Shown here piece by piece: positions 38,801-46,536 of a DNA stretch of 64,000 nt. The DNA lies in contig VMFR01000004.1 in assembly GCA_007376135.1 (NCBI GenBank), forward strand, positions 21,745-85,744, in the 5' to 3' direction. The translations under genes and the position numbers were made by a program. Position 1 is the first letter of the stretch; each line of letters opens with the position of its first letter. The stretch comes from Parcubacteria group bacterium Gr01-1014_31 (GTDB lineage Bacteria > Patescibacteriota > Patescibacteriia > Buchananbacterales > GWA2-38-13). The notes under the pieces were generated by a model that saw nothing but the letters and a program-made list of their open reading frames with translations, ran no database searches and was not told the origin of the DNA.

Positions 38801-41800
38801 GCTGCCCCGCCCCTCGCCGCCGCGTGCCACCTCGTCAAGATTGGTGAACTGCTCACAGCCGGCAAAACGAGCCTCGCACGAACGGGCCGTGTCCGCGATG
38901 AAATACAGGAAGTCGGGCTGCCGCGCGGATGGGACCGCATCGGCAAAGAACGTCTCCGTCTGCGAAAACGCGCTGTAGTCCACGCACGCGGCCGGGCACA
39001 TATCGCCCGCCGTCGTGATACCCGGCAACGGCGGTTCGCCGTTGGTCGGCGTGTAGCGTTCGCACCCGACCTCGTCGGCGCGGCAGACCTGGCTGTAACG
39101 GCTGCACGCCGAGTGGTCGGTCTGCGGGTCGCCGGTACACCCAAGGTACGCGGGCGACGTTTTCAGATGCACCACGGGGTTGCTGATGAAGTCCCGGTAC
39201 GCCAACGCCGCGGGCTCCGCGCGCGGAGCGACCTCGACGATGTGCACTCCGTCCACGGCAATGTCGCTGGCCGCGGTCGAACCAAAGCGGAGACGGAATT
39301 CACGATGGCCGCTCGGTGCCGCCATCGGCTCGAAGAGGAAACGCTGCCATTCCGCGGTCAGCGGCAGCGGGCTGTGGCAGCTGCCTGCCCCCGCCGTAGT
39401 GCAATCCGCCTCGCGCCGGCAGGCCGGATTGGCGCCACCGTCGCACACCCCCAACCCGTCCGCGATCAATTCCAGACTGCGCGCCGTACCGCCGCTATCC
39501 ACGCTGTCCAGCCACGCCCGCCAGGTGACATTCGCGGTATTGGCCTTGGCGAAAAATGATACCTGGTAGGTCGCGCCGGATTTCAGGAGCGGCAAGGCGG
39601 CGGTGCGAAAATCTTCCGACGTGGCGTCACTGTCGGTGTAGTGCAGGTACGTACTGCCGAATGCCGCGCCTTCCGTTTCGCGCGCCACGATGTCGCCGGC
39701 GGTGTCCCCGCCATGCCGTTCCCAATTTGGCGGGAAACGGCTCGACGGGTCTGGCCACTGCTCAAAACTAGAATTGTAGATGAAATTAACCAAGCCCTGG
39801 GTGGCCGGGATGAGCGCGCGGCAGCCGCTTTCCTCCTGGCTGCAGGCGGCAATATCGCGGTCGAAGTAGAGCTTGCTGCCGTCGGCATCCTGGGTGCCTT
39901 CAAGGTAGACGGTCACATCCTGCAACGGACAAGCGCGCTCCAGCCGGACCTCATCGAACCAGACGGTTCCCACCGGATTAATGCCCGCGACGGCCTCCAC
40001 CACCATCCGCACGCGCCCGCCCGCCAGCGGATCGGAAGTGGTGCAGCTGACGGTTGCCCACTGCCCCTTGGCATAATCCGCGTCGATGGTACTGCAACCC
40101 CCGCTCGAGGACGGCACCACCTCAACGTAGGCACGGCCGAACTGTAGCGTGCTATAAATGCGCGCCGTCAAGGTGTAGGGCGGGTTCGCGGTCGGTGGCA
40201 CGGAAAGCGGATCGGATTGCGCGACCATCTGCGCAACGGTGCCGTCGGGATCGATCCGCACGGCGTAGTTGCCGACCGCCACTTGGTTGTTGACGCCGGC
40301 GATCCGTTGCCAACGGCTGCCGCCGCCGACCACGTCGTTGGTCGACCAACTGGCCGCGAAGATGACGCGGCCCGCCTGCACGCTCAAGTCGGCGCTCTCG
40401 GTCTCAAATCCGCTGTTGTCGGCAAAACTTTCCGCGGCCCCGCAGCGCGGTACCGTGCAAGCGACCGCCCCGTAGGGGATCTGACAACTGATACCCGTTG
40501 CTACGTCAGTCGCCAGGCAACTCGCCCCCTGGCAGGTTTCTCCGCGCGGGCATTCGGCGTCCTGGGCGCAGGAGCGGCCGCTCACGCTGCAGCGCCCCAG
40601 CTGCTGGCACGGTTTACGCACGCGCTCGGCTTCGCCGACGCACGACCACACCCCCGAACCCACATTGAAATCACGGCAGTACCACTGGCACCCGACGGCA
40701 TTGGCATCGCAGCCGCCGGCATCCAACGTGTCGCCGAGGTAGCTGACCGCGCGGTTGGCGTCATCCTCGTAGCTCCGGCAGCTGTCGTACTGCGGCGGAC
40801 ACTGGGTCCCGGCGAATTTCCAGACCGGGGTCTCCTGAGTGCACAGACCGTAGGCGCGACAGGTGCCGTTCGCATCCTCCACGATGCAGGATCGCGTATC
40901 GGTGCAGGTATTTTCGCGGGACACGGTCCGGCGTTCGAACTGGTAGCTGGGCAGCTGCCCCGTCAACGGGTCGGCGGGCTTGTTGCGCTGCACGATCGTC
41001 TCTTCGCGCGAGTAGACGCTGGTAAATTTATCCCCGGGCCCGGTCAGCCGGCAGTAGGTCTCGGGGGCCTTGAGCACCCAGCCGTCATCCACCAGCCCGT
41101 AGAACGGCGAATCGGGGTTACCGAAAGCGCGGATGATATCGTTGAGCGAGTAGGCCTGCCGCTGCTCCAGTTGGCCGATATACGCGGCCGCCAACTCCCA
41201 ACCGACGGGCAGGATGCGGTACTTGCGCAGAATGACGAATGACGAGTGCGCGTACCCATCATTGGCGGTCGGCTGCGTGCCCGCGCGCGTGTAGCCGAAG
41301 GTCGAACCCGGACCATCGGCGAACAACAATCCTTCCTGGATCGCCTGGCGCACCGTCAGTTTGCGGTCAATGGCCGTCTTGAATGATTGGTTGATAACGC
41401 CGTCGCCGACCAGGAGCGAGGTCACGTCCATTCGATTGAGGCGAGGGTCGCCAATGGCGAGGTTGGTGGAAAAGAACGCCTCAAAATCCTGGCGCGCGTC
41501 GGTCCGCAGTGCATTGGGGTCGGCGGTCGGCGAACGCAGACCCTCCAATTTGCTCCAGTTGAACTTATCCGGCTTGCTGCTGCCGCCGCCAAATCCCTTA
41601 GTGTACAGCCGCTGCAGCATCTTGGATACCAGCGTGGAGGTGAACGCGTCCACCGCATCAGCCACGGCCTCGCCGGTATACGTGAAGTAGACGTCACCCA
41701 GCGTACCGGGGGAAAGCGCATCGGCAGACCACTCCTTAACCAGCGACCCAGGCGTCAAAATATTTCCGGCGATGTCCACCACGGGCTTCAGCCCCTGGCT

Positions 41801-42589
41801 TTCCAGCCGGCTTAAGATCTGCTCCTCGTGGGCCTCGGCCTGCTTGGAGTAGAAGCTCGACCATACTCCGATGCCGATGCCAAAGTCATTCTGGTTGGGC
41901 GAGAACGAATCATGGATGATCTGGTCGAGCTTGGGCGGATTGTCGATGAACTGCTCCCAGTTGTCAGCCAGCTGTGTGAACGTACACGATGGTTCCGCCG
42001 GCGGCTGCGCGGCGTCCAAAAGCCCCAGGGACAGCTTTAACTTCAGGTCAAGCCGCGGCCGGCAGAGGTTGGGCAGCCCGACGCCTTCAGCGAACGACTG
42101 GATGAAGTGTCCGGCGGCCGAATCGCCGACGCGCGACAGGTACGCACCCCAGCCTTCCGTTTCATACAACGGCTTTTTTCCTTTACCACCCTCAGCTAAT
42201 TGCGTCGCCGTATCCACGGCCAGCCGCCGCAGAAAATAGCTCAAGGCGTTCTTATAGGCTACGGCCGCGGCGGTCTTCGCATACTTCTCCGCATTTTTTT
42301 TGATCCACTCCCAAACTTGCTGGAACAGATTCGGCTCGTCGCGATTATCCACTTCCTGGCCGGTGCGCGGCTGCGTTGGCGGGCTATCAAAGGAGCCGCC
42401 ATCACCGCTAAAAGTTGCCTCCCCGCCGCCATCAAAAGACCCGGCCCCGAAGCTTCCTTGGGCGAACGCAACCGGAGCAAGCGTGAAACTCTGAAGAGTA
42501 AACAGCGCAAGTAGCGACGCAGCACACCATTTCCGCCAGCGCAGGGCGCGACGGCGCGACGATCGAACCGAATATACCATCAGTCTCAT
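32843..42589 (-). CDS. Giant (3,248 aa) cysteine-rich secreted or surface protein
   Basis: ATG at 42589 overlaps the upstream stop (ATGA). N-terminal signal peptide (LLALFTLQSFTLAPVAFAQG). Hundreds of Cys residues in CxxC / C-x(n)-C patterns throughout, Gly/Thr/Asp-rich, no TM beyond the signal. Confidence 0.7.
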   Translation of the reverse strand: MRLMVYSVRSSRRRALRWRKWCAASLLALFTLQSFTLAPVAFAQGSFGAGSFDGGGEATFSGDGGSFDSPPTQPRTGQEVDNRDEPNLFQQVWEWIKKNAEKYAKTAAAVAYKNALSYFLRRLAVDTATQLAEGGKGKKPLYETEGWGAYLSRVGDSAAGHFIQSFAEGVGLPNLCRPRLDLKLKLSLGLLDAAQPPAEPSCTFTQLADNWEQFIDNPPKLDQIIHDSFSPNQNDFGIGIGVWSSFYSKQAEAHEEQILSRLESQGLKPVVDIAGNILTPGSLVKEWSADALSPGTLGDVYFTYTGEAVADAVDAFTSTLVSKMLQRLYTKGFGGGSSKPDKFNWSKLEGLRSPTADPNALRTDARQDFEAFFSTNLAIGDPRLNRMDVTSLLVGDGVINQSFKTAIDRKLTVRQAIQEGLLFADGPGSTFGYTRAGTQPTANDGYAHSSFVILRKYRILPVGWELAAAYIGQLEQRQAYSLNDIIRAFGNPDSPFYGLVDDGWVLKAPETYCRLTGPGDKFTSVYSREETIVQRNKPADPLTGQLPSYQFERRTVSRENTCTDTRSCIVEDANGTCRAYGLCTQETPVWKFAGTQCPPQYDSCRSYEDDANRAVSYLGDTLDAGGCDANAVGCQWYCRDFNVGSGVWSCVGEAERVRKPCQQLGRCSVSGRSCAQDAECPRGETCQGASCLATDVATGISCQIPYGAVACTVPRCGAAESFADNSGFETESADLSVQAGRVIFAASWSTNDVVGGGSRWQRIAGVNNQVAVGNYAVRIDPDGTVAQMVAQSDPLSVPPTANPPYTLTARIYSTLQFGRAYVEVVPSSSGGCSTIDADYAKGQWATVSCTTSDPLAGGRVRMVVEAVAGINPVGTVWFDEVRLERACPLQDVTVYLEGTQDADGSKLYFDRDIAACSQEESGCRALIPATQGLVNFIYNSSFEQWPDPSSRFPPNWERHGGDTAGDIVARETEGAAFGSTYLHYTDSDATSEDFRTAALPLLKSGATYQVSFFAKANTANVTWRAWLDSVDSGGTARSLELIADGLGVCDGGANPACRREADCTTAGAGSCHSPLPLTAEWQRFLFEPMAAPSGHREFRLRFGSTAASDIAVDGVHIVEVAPRAEPAALAYRDFISNPVVHLKTSPAYLGCTGDPQTDHSACSRYSQVCRADEVGCERYTPTNGEPPLPGITTAGDMCPAACVDYSAFSQTETFFADAVPSARQPDFLYFIADTARSCEARFAGCEQFTNLDEVARGGEGRGSYTYLRQCTKPDANVCRTYYTWVGSEVNGYQLKSYTLRRDVADRVPAVSGGTVGDTDEPDWVDAFLDLGQCATALDAVINPNCREFHATNGNVYYRLLRETVSCSDECHPFRLIDSSQGACEGSGGYWGVCGDDTDTDGDIDAPLANCLAQGGMQLVGGSDCFMHQDDCVGIGGQEFEPRNECIYQAVPNESIACPAAQSGCREYRGNAGGNLRTVWYDDFEDGDTLGWMVGSISSDAVTIGGHSIAGTTMETMRQATVCSNALPACVAGSTADCFDASTEPDTCRLFNTGQECRAKNLELGCGFLRERLVPGRNYQLTFWAKAQTGIVTVNVNMLGVDCGQDGTSCELKNNLRVLTDWEEYTTEPILVTSVNPVATLRLTTAGGTPVAVDFVSLTEVQEYSYLVKNSWRTPLICDTDPTLDPVRFPAPNSPQFALGCQEYTTSKGQVTYLKSFERLCRDSSVGCEEFVDTKNSTSALAEPFNVGHAQAEVTVPADTLAYYVRDLSKECAAAAEGCQAFGLPVQDARGQISGYQTRYLVNDPERYGVSLCTEDQVGCREYVSPQVGTVYFRDPGARTCEYKQIPHRQDFGWFITGSTSSVPDCPAITTRFGQTQPGKTCQGGDLEGQVCTSDADCSFKVCRGGGTFEGARCDSNIDCGTGVCETSGGDCRTWVGQCPAEYASCTAYVDPMSDPQAGMLPNSNFEGFFRVCSHDAQTVCRLDTDCSAASGGLRFCADGTLCSGPVDCGGEACELSVCSASKLNSWNLAGSPADHQRGEGVNRSSAVRVTAPTPAGTEVRQSLGLNGGTLYTVTASVKNSARDASIVVTTVDGSKRPIFTQFDHSVAIFSNGVLATRGDTVVLPVGGVTESTFRRFTGRFFVLESDRAVTVKIVNAGTYDDVDLKPTGVYHYLADSIERSSCNGVYDPAQGCVLVNDTSDPTLKYSTTATVAGQPPSVCQPQQCVGGTRPGAGCTSDGDCGAGGICRPGTCDSNLLVKVAPDRTCARWLDCISSRKQVSFRTGQVQEFCQQIATCDRLDSISGRCSSYPTEELQALTFDAGSVQLSQFFSGYAKVGFQWDADTKVDGYFPYGVMTQRKVCVAGNRGAACLEDADCHTGDERDGVCQPVLQVGTNPTEDLIFESCRVYPSGSAPRWTAQAPVDTGDEPAKSQIVDINDPLTDPLTGSLLSQTSLAEASECHYVQGRSEFLGLYGFCVEKDPRSPYLCLNWLPVDELTGGWVGITGWRGNLRASTFMCNESVILETRRPGRFELNHCYQTDFGWWGMFNPIGAIAETAANHAERNSMTCGTVSCPPGYLPEQRRSKCGNFFEPGIRCRWYCTPDQSDLYLTDTESNQWYDYKAREDASDRPTKKHLMFCPKCGATGLVLWDPEDPTTIFGFNSEEQRRVPTYWQRACHEVVQVVDEDGAQRGWQERLETVQDFLSADYQVPTLNYKVSDLAAPFGVIGRNFVGDPTKWPLVSDRVQAADFGHPYEYPGDQAGQVYFDHFYDRWSAAAGRLPNDSVEVASFHTARERLKRLFATSYGDWRWNGSAYETYTVPTNYCAGGPRSGDSCAPGSNDCVDSTSVCVKSGGYCAYYPTGEPENAETALNITCTSDTACAGNPKIFCATGRCGSFGDGNDLNDSEVPCRTTADCPGGGSETCDITGFIYGRCDDASPTYPLRGVACFNDEMCNTKSDGSGVGTCVGEDPDGQAPANGTYGYCSAGVNVLGACQNIGDCWNPAAHQASCVGQCSAGSAKNPGTCITDVECQVSGSCQETTAWRPPADRCRDNIRPSRFTETPLTDPDGSGDWCGVSPEVFNVKIENAEAPIFYIVGQGNVTLSFNVKVDNDQLPLRLLRVRWDMENRDTMVTDNDWRSGLRDKSDPADPFQFTHTYKYVQTTCDKGVLPGGSGTPDGYCDFQVGVLVRDNWCWCSNAIFADVNTTNLACNTCPDDGTPAIADDNNGAWVEARSALVRVCDSARPELCGR

Positions 42590-43404
42590 GGGCTTTCCGT
42601 GCCTCCTCGCAACGCTTCGAGCATCATCTGCTGGAGCTGTTCATCGGACAGTCGGTCAAGCGTTTCCTTGGGCAACCCCTGCTGGAGCAGCAACTGACGT
42701 AGGCCATCACCGGTGGGCGGTTGACCATCCGGCGCAGAGGGCGCCGTCCCGGACGCGGCCACGCCGGAGGACGCTTGCTCCTGTACGACTTCTCGGTATA
42801 CCTCTTCCAACTGCTGGTCGGAAAATCCGGCAAGCAATTCATCCGAAAGCCCAGCGCGCCGCAGCTGGTCGCGGACCGCAACTGGGTCGAATCCCGGGGC
42901 GCCGACCGAAGGGATGGCCGCTGGAGTTGGCGCAATTTCCGGTGCGACCGCCGTCACACAGGTTTGCCCCTCAGGGCAAGTCGGGTCCGTTCCCGCGGTC
43001 ACTTCGGCGCGGTCGGGCTGGCCGTCGGAATCGGTGTCTTCAAGATACGCCGACGTGCCAAGCGCCTGTTCCTCAAGGTCGGTCAGACCATCGCCATCGG
43101 TATCGGGAGCCTCACCGAGCGCCAACGATGCCGGGTTGAGCGCCGTAAAATCGCTCAAGCTCGGCGGCGCCAACTGGGAAATCCTTGCCACCGGGAAGCG
43201 CAGGCTGGCGCGCAGCTGCACCACCCCTACCACCAGCGTCAACACGCCAAATCCGATGGTCAGCGGCGCCACAACATTGGCGAAACGAAAACGTTCCCTG
43301 CGGTTCGCTTTGGGGCGCGAACCGGCGCGACCGTTCCCCGACTGGCGGTAAATCTCCTCCAGTACCGTCAGCGTACGTTCCGAATTTTGCCCGCTCAAAG
43401 ACAT
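42586..43404 (-). CDS. Membrane-anchored protein with thrombospondin-type-3-like Ca-binding Asp repeats. First gene of the block.
   Basis: TM FANVVAPLTIGFGVLTLVVGVV. Repeats DTDGDGLTDLEE and DTDSDGQPDRAE. A duplicated C-terminal helical motif: LSDELLAGFSDQQLEEV and LSDEQLQQMMLEAL. Confidence 0.55.
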   Translation of the reverse strand: MSLSGQNSERTLTVLEEIYRQSGNGRAGSRPKANRRERFRFANVVAPLTIGFGVLTLVVGVVQLRASLRFPVARISQLAPPSLSDFTALNPASLALGEAPDTDGDGLTDLEEQALGTSAYLEDTDSDGQPDRAEVTAGTDPTCPEGQTCVTAVAPEIAPTPAAIPSVGAPGFDPVAVRDQLRRAGLSDELLAGFSDQQLEEVYREVVQEQASSGVAASGTAPSAPDGQPPTGDGLRQLLLQQGLPKETLDRLSDEQLQQMMLEALRGGTESP

Positions 43405-43488
43405 TTTTGCCCGCTCAAATATCGAGAAATTACGTCAGAAAAACACCCAAAATACGGGGTTTGTACACCATCCCCAGAATATGAAGCA

Positions 43489-43497
43489 ATTATAACA
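43489..43497 (-). promoter_or_regulatory. Candidate extended -10 promoter (TGTTATAAT on minus) for the 26-kb minus-strand block
   Basis: The reverse complement of plus 43489-43497 is TGTTATAAT. It lies ~85 nt upstream of the ATG at 43404, and the -35 is weak. Confidence 0.4.
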
Positions 43498-43541
43498 AAT
43501 TTCCGACTATGCGGAAACAAAAAAAGACCCCCGAAAGGGCC

Positions 43542-44420
43542 TTAATTAAGATAATTTTTTACCTTTTTGGCAAGAGTTATCCACTGGGGGACGGTCAGCT
43601 CCTGGGCACGGGCATTTGGCGTCAAATCGCAAGACCGAATCATTTCGTCCAGCGACATTTTGCCTTGCCGATGCGCTGAGGAGAGAGCGGCCCACGCCCG
43701 CAGGTTGTTCGTCAGCGTTTTGCGGCGTGAAGCAAATCCGATCTTGCATACCCGCAGGACGGTTTCCGCCTCCAGCCCATCGCCGCACAACGTTGCCAGC
43801 TCGGGAAGCGAGCGCAGGCGCAGACGGACAATGGCGGAATCAACCGCCGGCACGGGCCAAAAACTTTTTCGCGGTACCGAGGCAACGATTTCCATGTCGG
43901 CATGGAGCTGGCACAGCACGGAAAGCATGCTCATCTTCCCCGGCGGCGTCGTCATGCGCTCGGCCACCTCGCGCTGCACCATTAGGACAGCGAGCTGTGG
44001 TCGCGGTACCTCGGTCAAAAGACGCCGCAGGAACCTCCCGGTAATCCCGTAGGGCAGGTTGCTGATCGCCTTGAACCCGTCAGGCACGCCAAGCGCAAGC
44101 CAGTCCAAGCGCAGCGCATTCCCTTGATGGAGGGAAACGTTCGCATGACTCGCGAGCAGTTCGCGCGCCGCCGCGGCAAGCGTCGGGTCCGCCTCAATGG
44201 CGACTACTCGACCGGCCTGCGGAGCGAGCGCCTGCGTGAGTGTGCCGAAGCCCGGCCCGACCTCCAATACGACGTCGCTCAATGTCAATTCGCCCGCCGC
44301 CACCGCCGCGGACAAAGCCGCCCCGTCCACCAAAAAATTCTGTCCGGCGCTAGCACTTGGACGTACGCCAAAACGGCGGCACAGCTCTCGCAGATCGTCG
44401 GGATCGGTAAGCGTTGGCAT
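43542..44420 (-). CDS. rsmA: 16S rRNA (adenine1518/1519-N6)-dimethyltransferase RsmA/KsgA
   Basis: SAM-binding motif GQNFLVD...VLEVGPGFGTLT. NLPY motif ISNLPYGITGRFL. Start chosen at the ATG at 44420 (ORF-track start 44441 is TTG). Confidence 0.9.
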   Translation of the reverse strand: MPTLTDPDDLRELCRRFGVRPSASAGQNFLVDGAALSAAVAAGELTLSDVVLEVGPGFGTLTQALAPQAGRVVAIEADPTLAAAARELLASHANVSLHQGNALRLDWLALGVPDGFKAISNLPYGITGRFLRRLLTEVPRPQLAVLMVQREVAERMTTPPGKMSMLSVLCQLHADMEIVASVPRKSFWPVPAVDSAIVRLRLRSLPELATLCGDGLEAETVLRVCKIGFASRRKTLTNNLRAWAALSSAHRQGKMSLDEMIRSCDLTPNARAQELTVPQWITLAKKVKNYLN

Positions 44421-44570
44421 ACCCGGTAGGACAACGGTCAAACGGTATTGTTCTCAAAATGAATTTAAGTACTCCCGTCCTGGTTGAGGTGTTCTACCAC
44501 CCGTCCGTTGTACTGCCGGGCATACCCTTAACCACCACGGTGTTCCCATGGTATACTCGTGGCAGACAAC

Positions 44571-44975
44571 ATGGCTATGAAAAAATTACTTTTTGCGCGA
44601 TTACACTGGGGAGTGGCACTGGGAATTATCTCATTGGCGACCATGGTCGCGGGAACGCTGGTCGCCTACCAGTCGGTCGGCGCCTTCGGCTTGAACGTCG
44701 GCGGCCGAATCACTTTTGCACAACCATGCGTGGTTGACAATATCTCACTGCGTTGCGAGGAATGCGCCCTCTGCTCCAACCTCCTCGGACCAGCTTGCGG
44801 CGGGTACACCGAGATCCAGTGGATCCCCAGCGGCGGAACACCCGGACAAAATTATATTTGCGTCCCGAAAGGCTACCTCTACCGCGGCGGCGGAAAGCAG
44901 CCCCGCATCGGCGCGTGGCTCTGGGCCAAAATGTTAGCGCCGCAAATTCCGATCCAGGTCGGCATCAGCCCTTAG
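44571..44975 (+). CDS. Small Cys-containing secreted or membrane hypothetical protein
   Basis: An extended -10 (TGGTATACT, 44549-44557) lies immediately upstream. The ATG at 44571 implies a near-leaderless mRNA. N-terminal hydrophobic helix. The 3' end overlaps tsaC convergently by ~40 bp. Confidence 0.4.
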   Translation: MAMKKLLFARLHWGVALGIISLATMVAGTLVAYQSVGAFGLNVGGRITFAQPCVVDNISLRCEECALCSNLLGPACGGYTEIQWIPSGGTPGQNYICVPKGYLYRGGGKQPRIGAWLWAKMLAPQIPIQVGISP

Positions 44976-45542
44976 CCGAACCGATCCCGCCCGAATGATT
45001 TTCAGCGCTCCGCGCCCGTCAACCCGCACCACGGTTGACGGCTTTCTTTTTGGTAACGTCCCTCCATTCAGGAGCAGGTCAGGCGGTATCTCTCGTAATT
45101 GGCTGCATACAGCCGAAAAACGGTACGGCGTTCTCCCCCCCGTACGATTGGCGGAACTCGCGATGAGCGGTGCCCCCGCACGCTGCGCTAACTGTCGCGC
45201 AAGAGAATGTGCAGGTACTCGCACCGCAAAACGACGGCTGACGACGATAGAGAGCGGCCCTGGCCAAAAACGGCGTGCCAATGCCAGTGCCGCGGGCCGC
45301 AGCCAAAAGTGACGCTGCACCTGGGCGAGGCTGGCGGCAACTAACGTGAATCGACGGTCGCTTCGACCCTTTATCTCCAACACACGACGGGTTACCGCCG
45401 ACCGGTCATAACGGCCGCCCACGGCATAGGCAGTATCCGTCGGGAATACGATAACCCCGCCGCGGCGCAGCGTACGGCCGATGTCGCGTAGCTCGGAGGG
45501 ACGCAAGCGCCGGCAATTCAATGTTTGGATTTCCTGCCGCAT
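44934..45542 (-). CDS. tsaC: L-threonylcarbamoyladenylate synthase TsaC (YrdC/Sua5 family)
   Basis: VIVFPTDTAYAVGG (YrdC signature), ~200 aa. Start chosen at the ATG at 45542. Confidence 0.85.
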   Translation of the reverse strand: MRQEIQTLNCRRLRPSELRDIGRTLRRGGVIVFPTDTAYAVGGRYDRSAVTRRVLEIKGRSDRRFTLVAASLAQVQRHFWLRPAALALARRFWPGPLSIVVSRRFAVRVPAHSLARQLAQRAGAPLIASSANRTGGRTPYRFSAVCSQLREIPPDLLLNGGTLPKRKPSTVVRVDGRGALKIIRAGSVRLRADADLDRNLRR

Positions 45543-45560
45543 AACCACCGCCCATACGAA

Positions 45561-45589
45561 CGTGGCTGAAATCCGCGATTTCAGCCACG
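45561..45589 (-). terminator. Hairpin (13-bp stem cgtggctgaaatc/gatttcagccacg) downstream of the FN3-domain gene
   Basis: Perfect inverted repeat between the stop of 45617..46447 and the tsaC start. The T-run is weak. Confidence 0.4.
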
Positions 45590-45616
45590 TCGTGCGTTAT
45601 CGCCTTCAGCAAAAGT

Positions 45617-46447
45617 CTAGTACGGGACGGCACCTTCCGGAGTGTTTGCCACATCCTTCACGCAGAACGCCTCAACCGATGCCCTGCAACTGTTGATTTT
45701 ATGGCCGGTGACATCAAAGCCCAGCCATTCACCAAGCAGCGCGACAACCTCGGGCGGTATGTCAACGCATGTTGGCGTATCAGTTTTTGGTGGTTTAGGT
45801 TTATAGTACCGCTTGCAAGGGTTGGCACAGGTAAACTTCTGCATTTCGGTTGCCAGCGTTACCTGGGCCTCGGTACAGATGGCGGTATTATTATTCGCCG
45901 AACATTGCGGAACGGTTCGGGTTGCATCCCCGACGATGGTTTTTGATTTTACGCAAGTAACAACCAGCGGCGGAGTCGTCACAGTCTTACTGCCGGATTT
46001 TTTGGAGGTAGTGCCGTCCGCTCCCATCGCCGCGACCTGGAGCAGGTACGTGGTACCAACGGAAAGATAATTCAAACCGTAGAACCCAGACGCGACGGGA
46101 ACGAAAGTCTCAAACACCGATCCGGAGTTATATACCCGATACTCCGTCGCGCCGGCAACCGCGTCCCATTGCAGCACGGCGTGGGTCGTTCCCACGCTGG
46201 ATACCCCAAAATTACCAGGTGTTGCAAGGACCGGAACCGGCGTTGGGCTCGGGGACGGAGTCGGCGTGACCGTCGCATAGTACGCGATACGCACCTGGCC
46301 GCTGTTGTTGCGCGCGGAAATAACGCCGAGCGCTGCGGCAAATACACCAAGAGGCACGGCCAGCGCCGCAGCGATGATGACTTGCGACACAATAAGTGAA
46401 GTTTCGGTCGCCTCTCGGGTCTTTGTCCTCACCGCTACCTGGCGCAT
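45617..46447 (-). CDS. Membrane-anchored fibronectin type III domain protein with a Cys-rich C-terminus. Paralogue of 55147..55764.
   Basis: Conserved N-terminal segment VAVRTKTREATETSLIVSQVIIAAALAVPLGVFAAALG. FN3-like block GNFGVSSVGTTHAVLQWDAVAGATEYRVY. Confidence 0.55.
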   Translation of the reverse strand: MRQVAVRTKTREATETSLIVSQVIIAAALAVPLGVFAAALGVISARNNSGQVRIAYYATVTPTPSPSPTPVPVLATPGNFGVSSVGTTHAVLQWDAVAGATEYRVYNSGSVFETFVPVASGFYGLNYLSVGTTYLLQVAAMGADGTTSKKSGSKTVTTPPLVVTCVKSKTIVGDATRTVPQCSANNNTAICTEAQVTLATEMQKFTCANPCKRYYKPKPPKTDTPTCVDIPPEVVALLGEWLGFDVTGHKINSCRASVEAFCVKDVANTPEGAVPY

Positions 46448-46536
46448 ACGTTGCTCCGTTAAAATAATTATCCCCGCAGTTTATTATACCATAAAATCAT
46501 TACCCTGTCGGCTTCAATATCTTCCGTGTGGATAAG

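Noticed and set aside
35210-41242. Several long plus-strand ORFs (35210..36199, 36278..37672, 38543..39559, 40217..41242) inside the 3,248-aa gene, and similar ones (27017..28279, 26339..27010) inside the 2,58x-aa gene
   Set aside because: All are antisense to a continuous, codon-biased minus-strand reading frame. Their Arg/Ala/Gly/Val-rich composition is typical of high-GC shadow ORFs.
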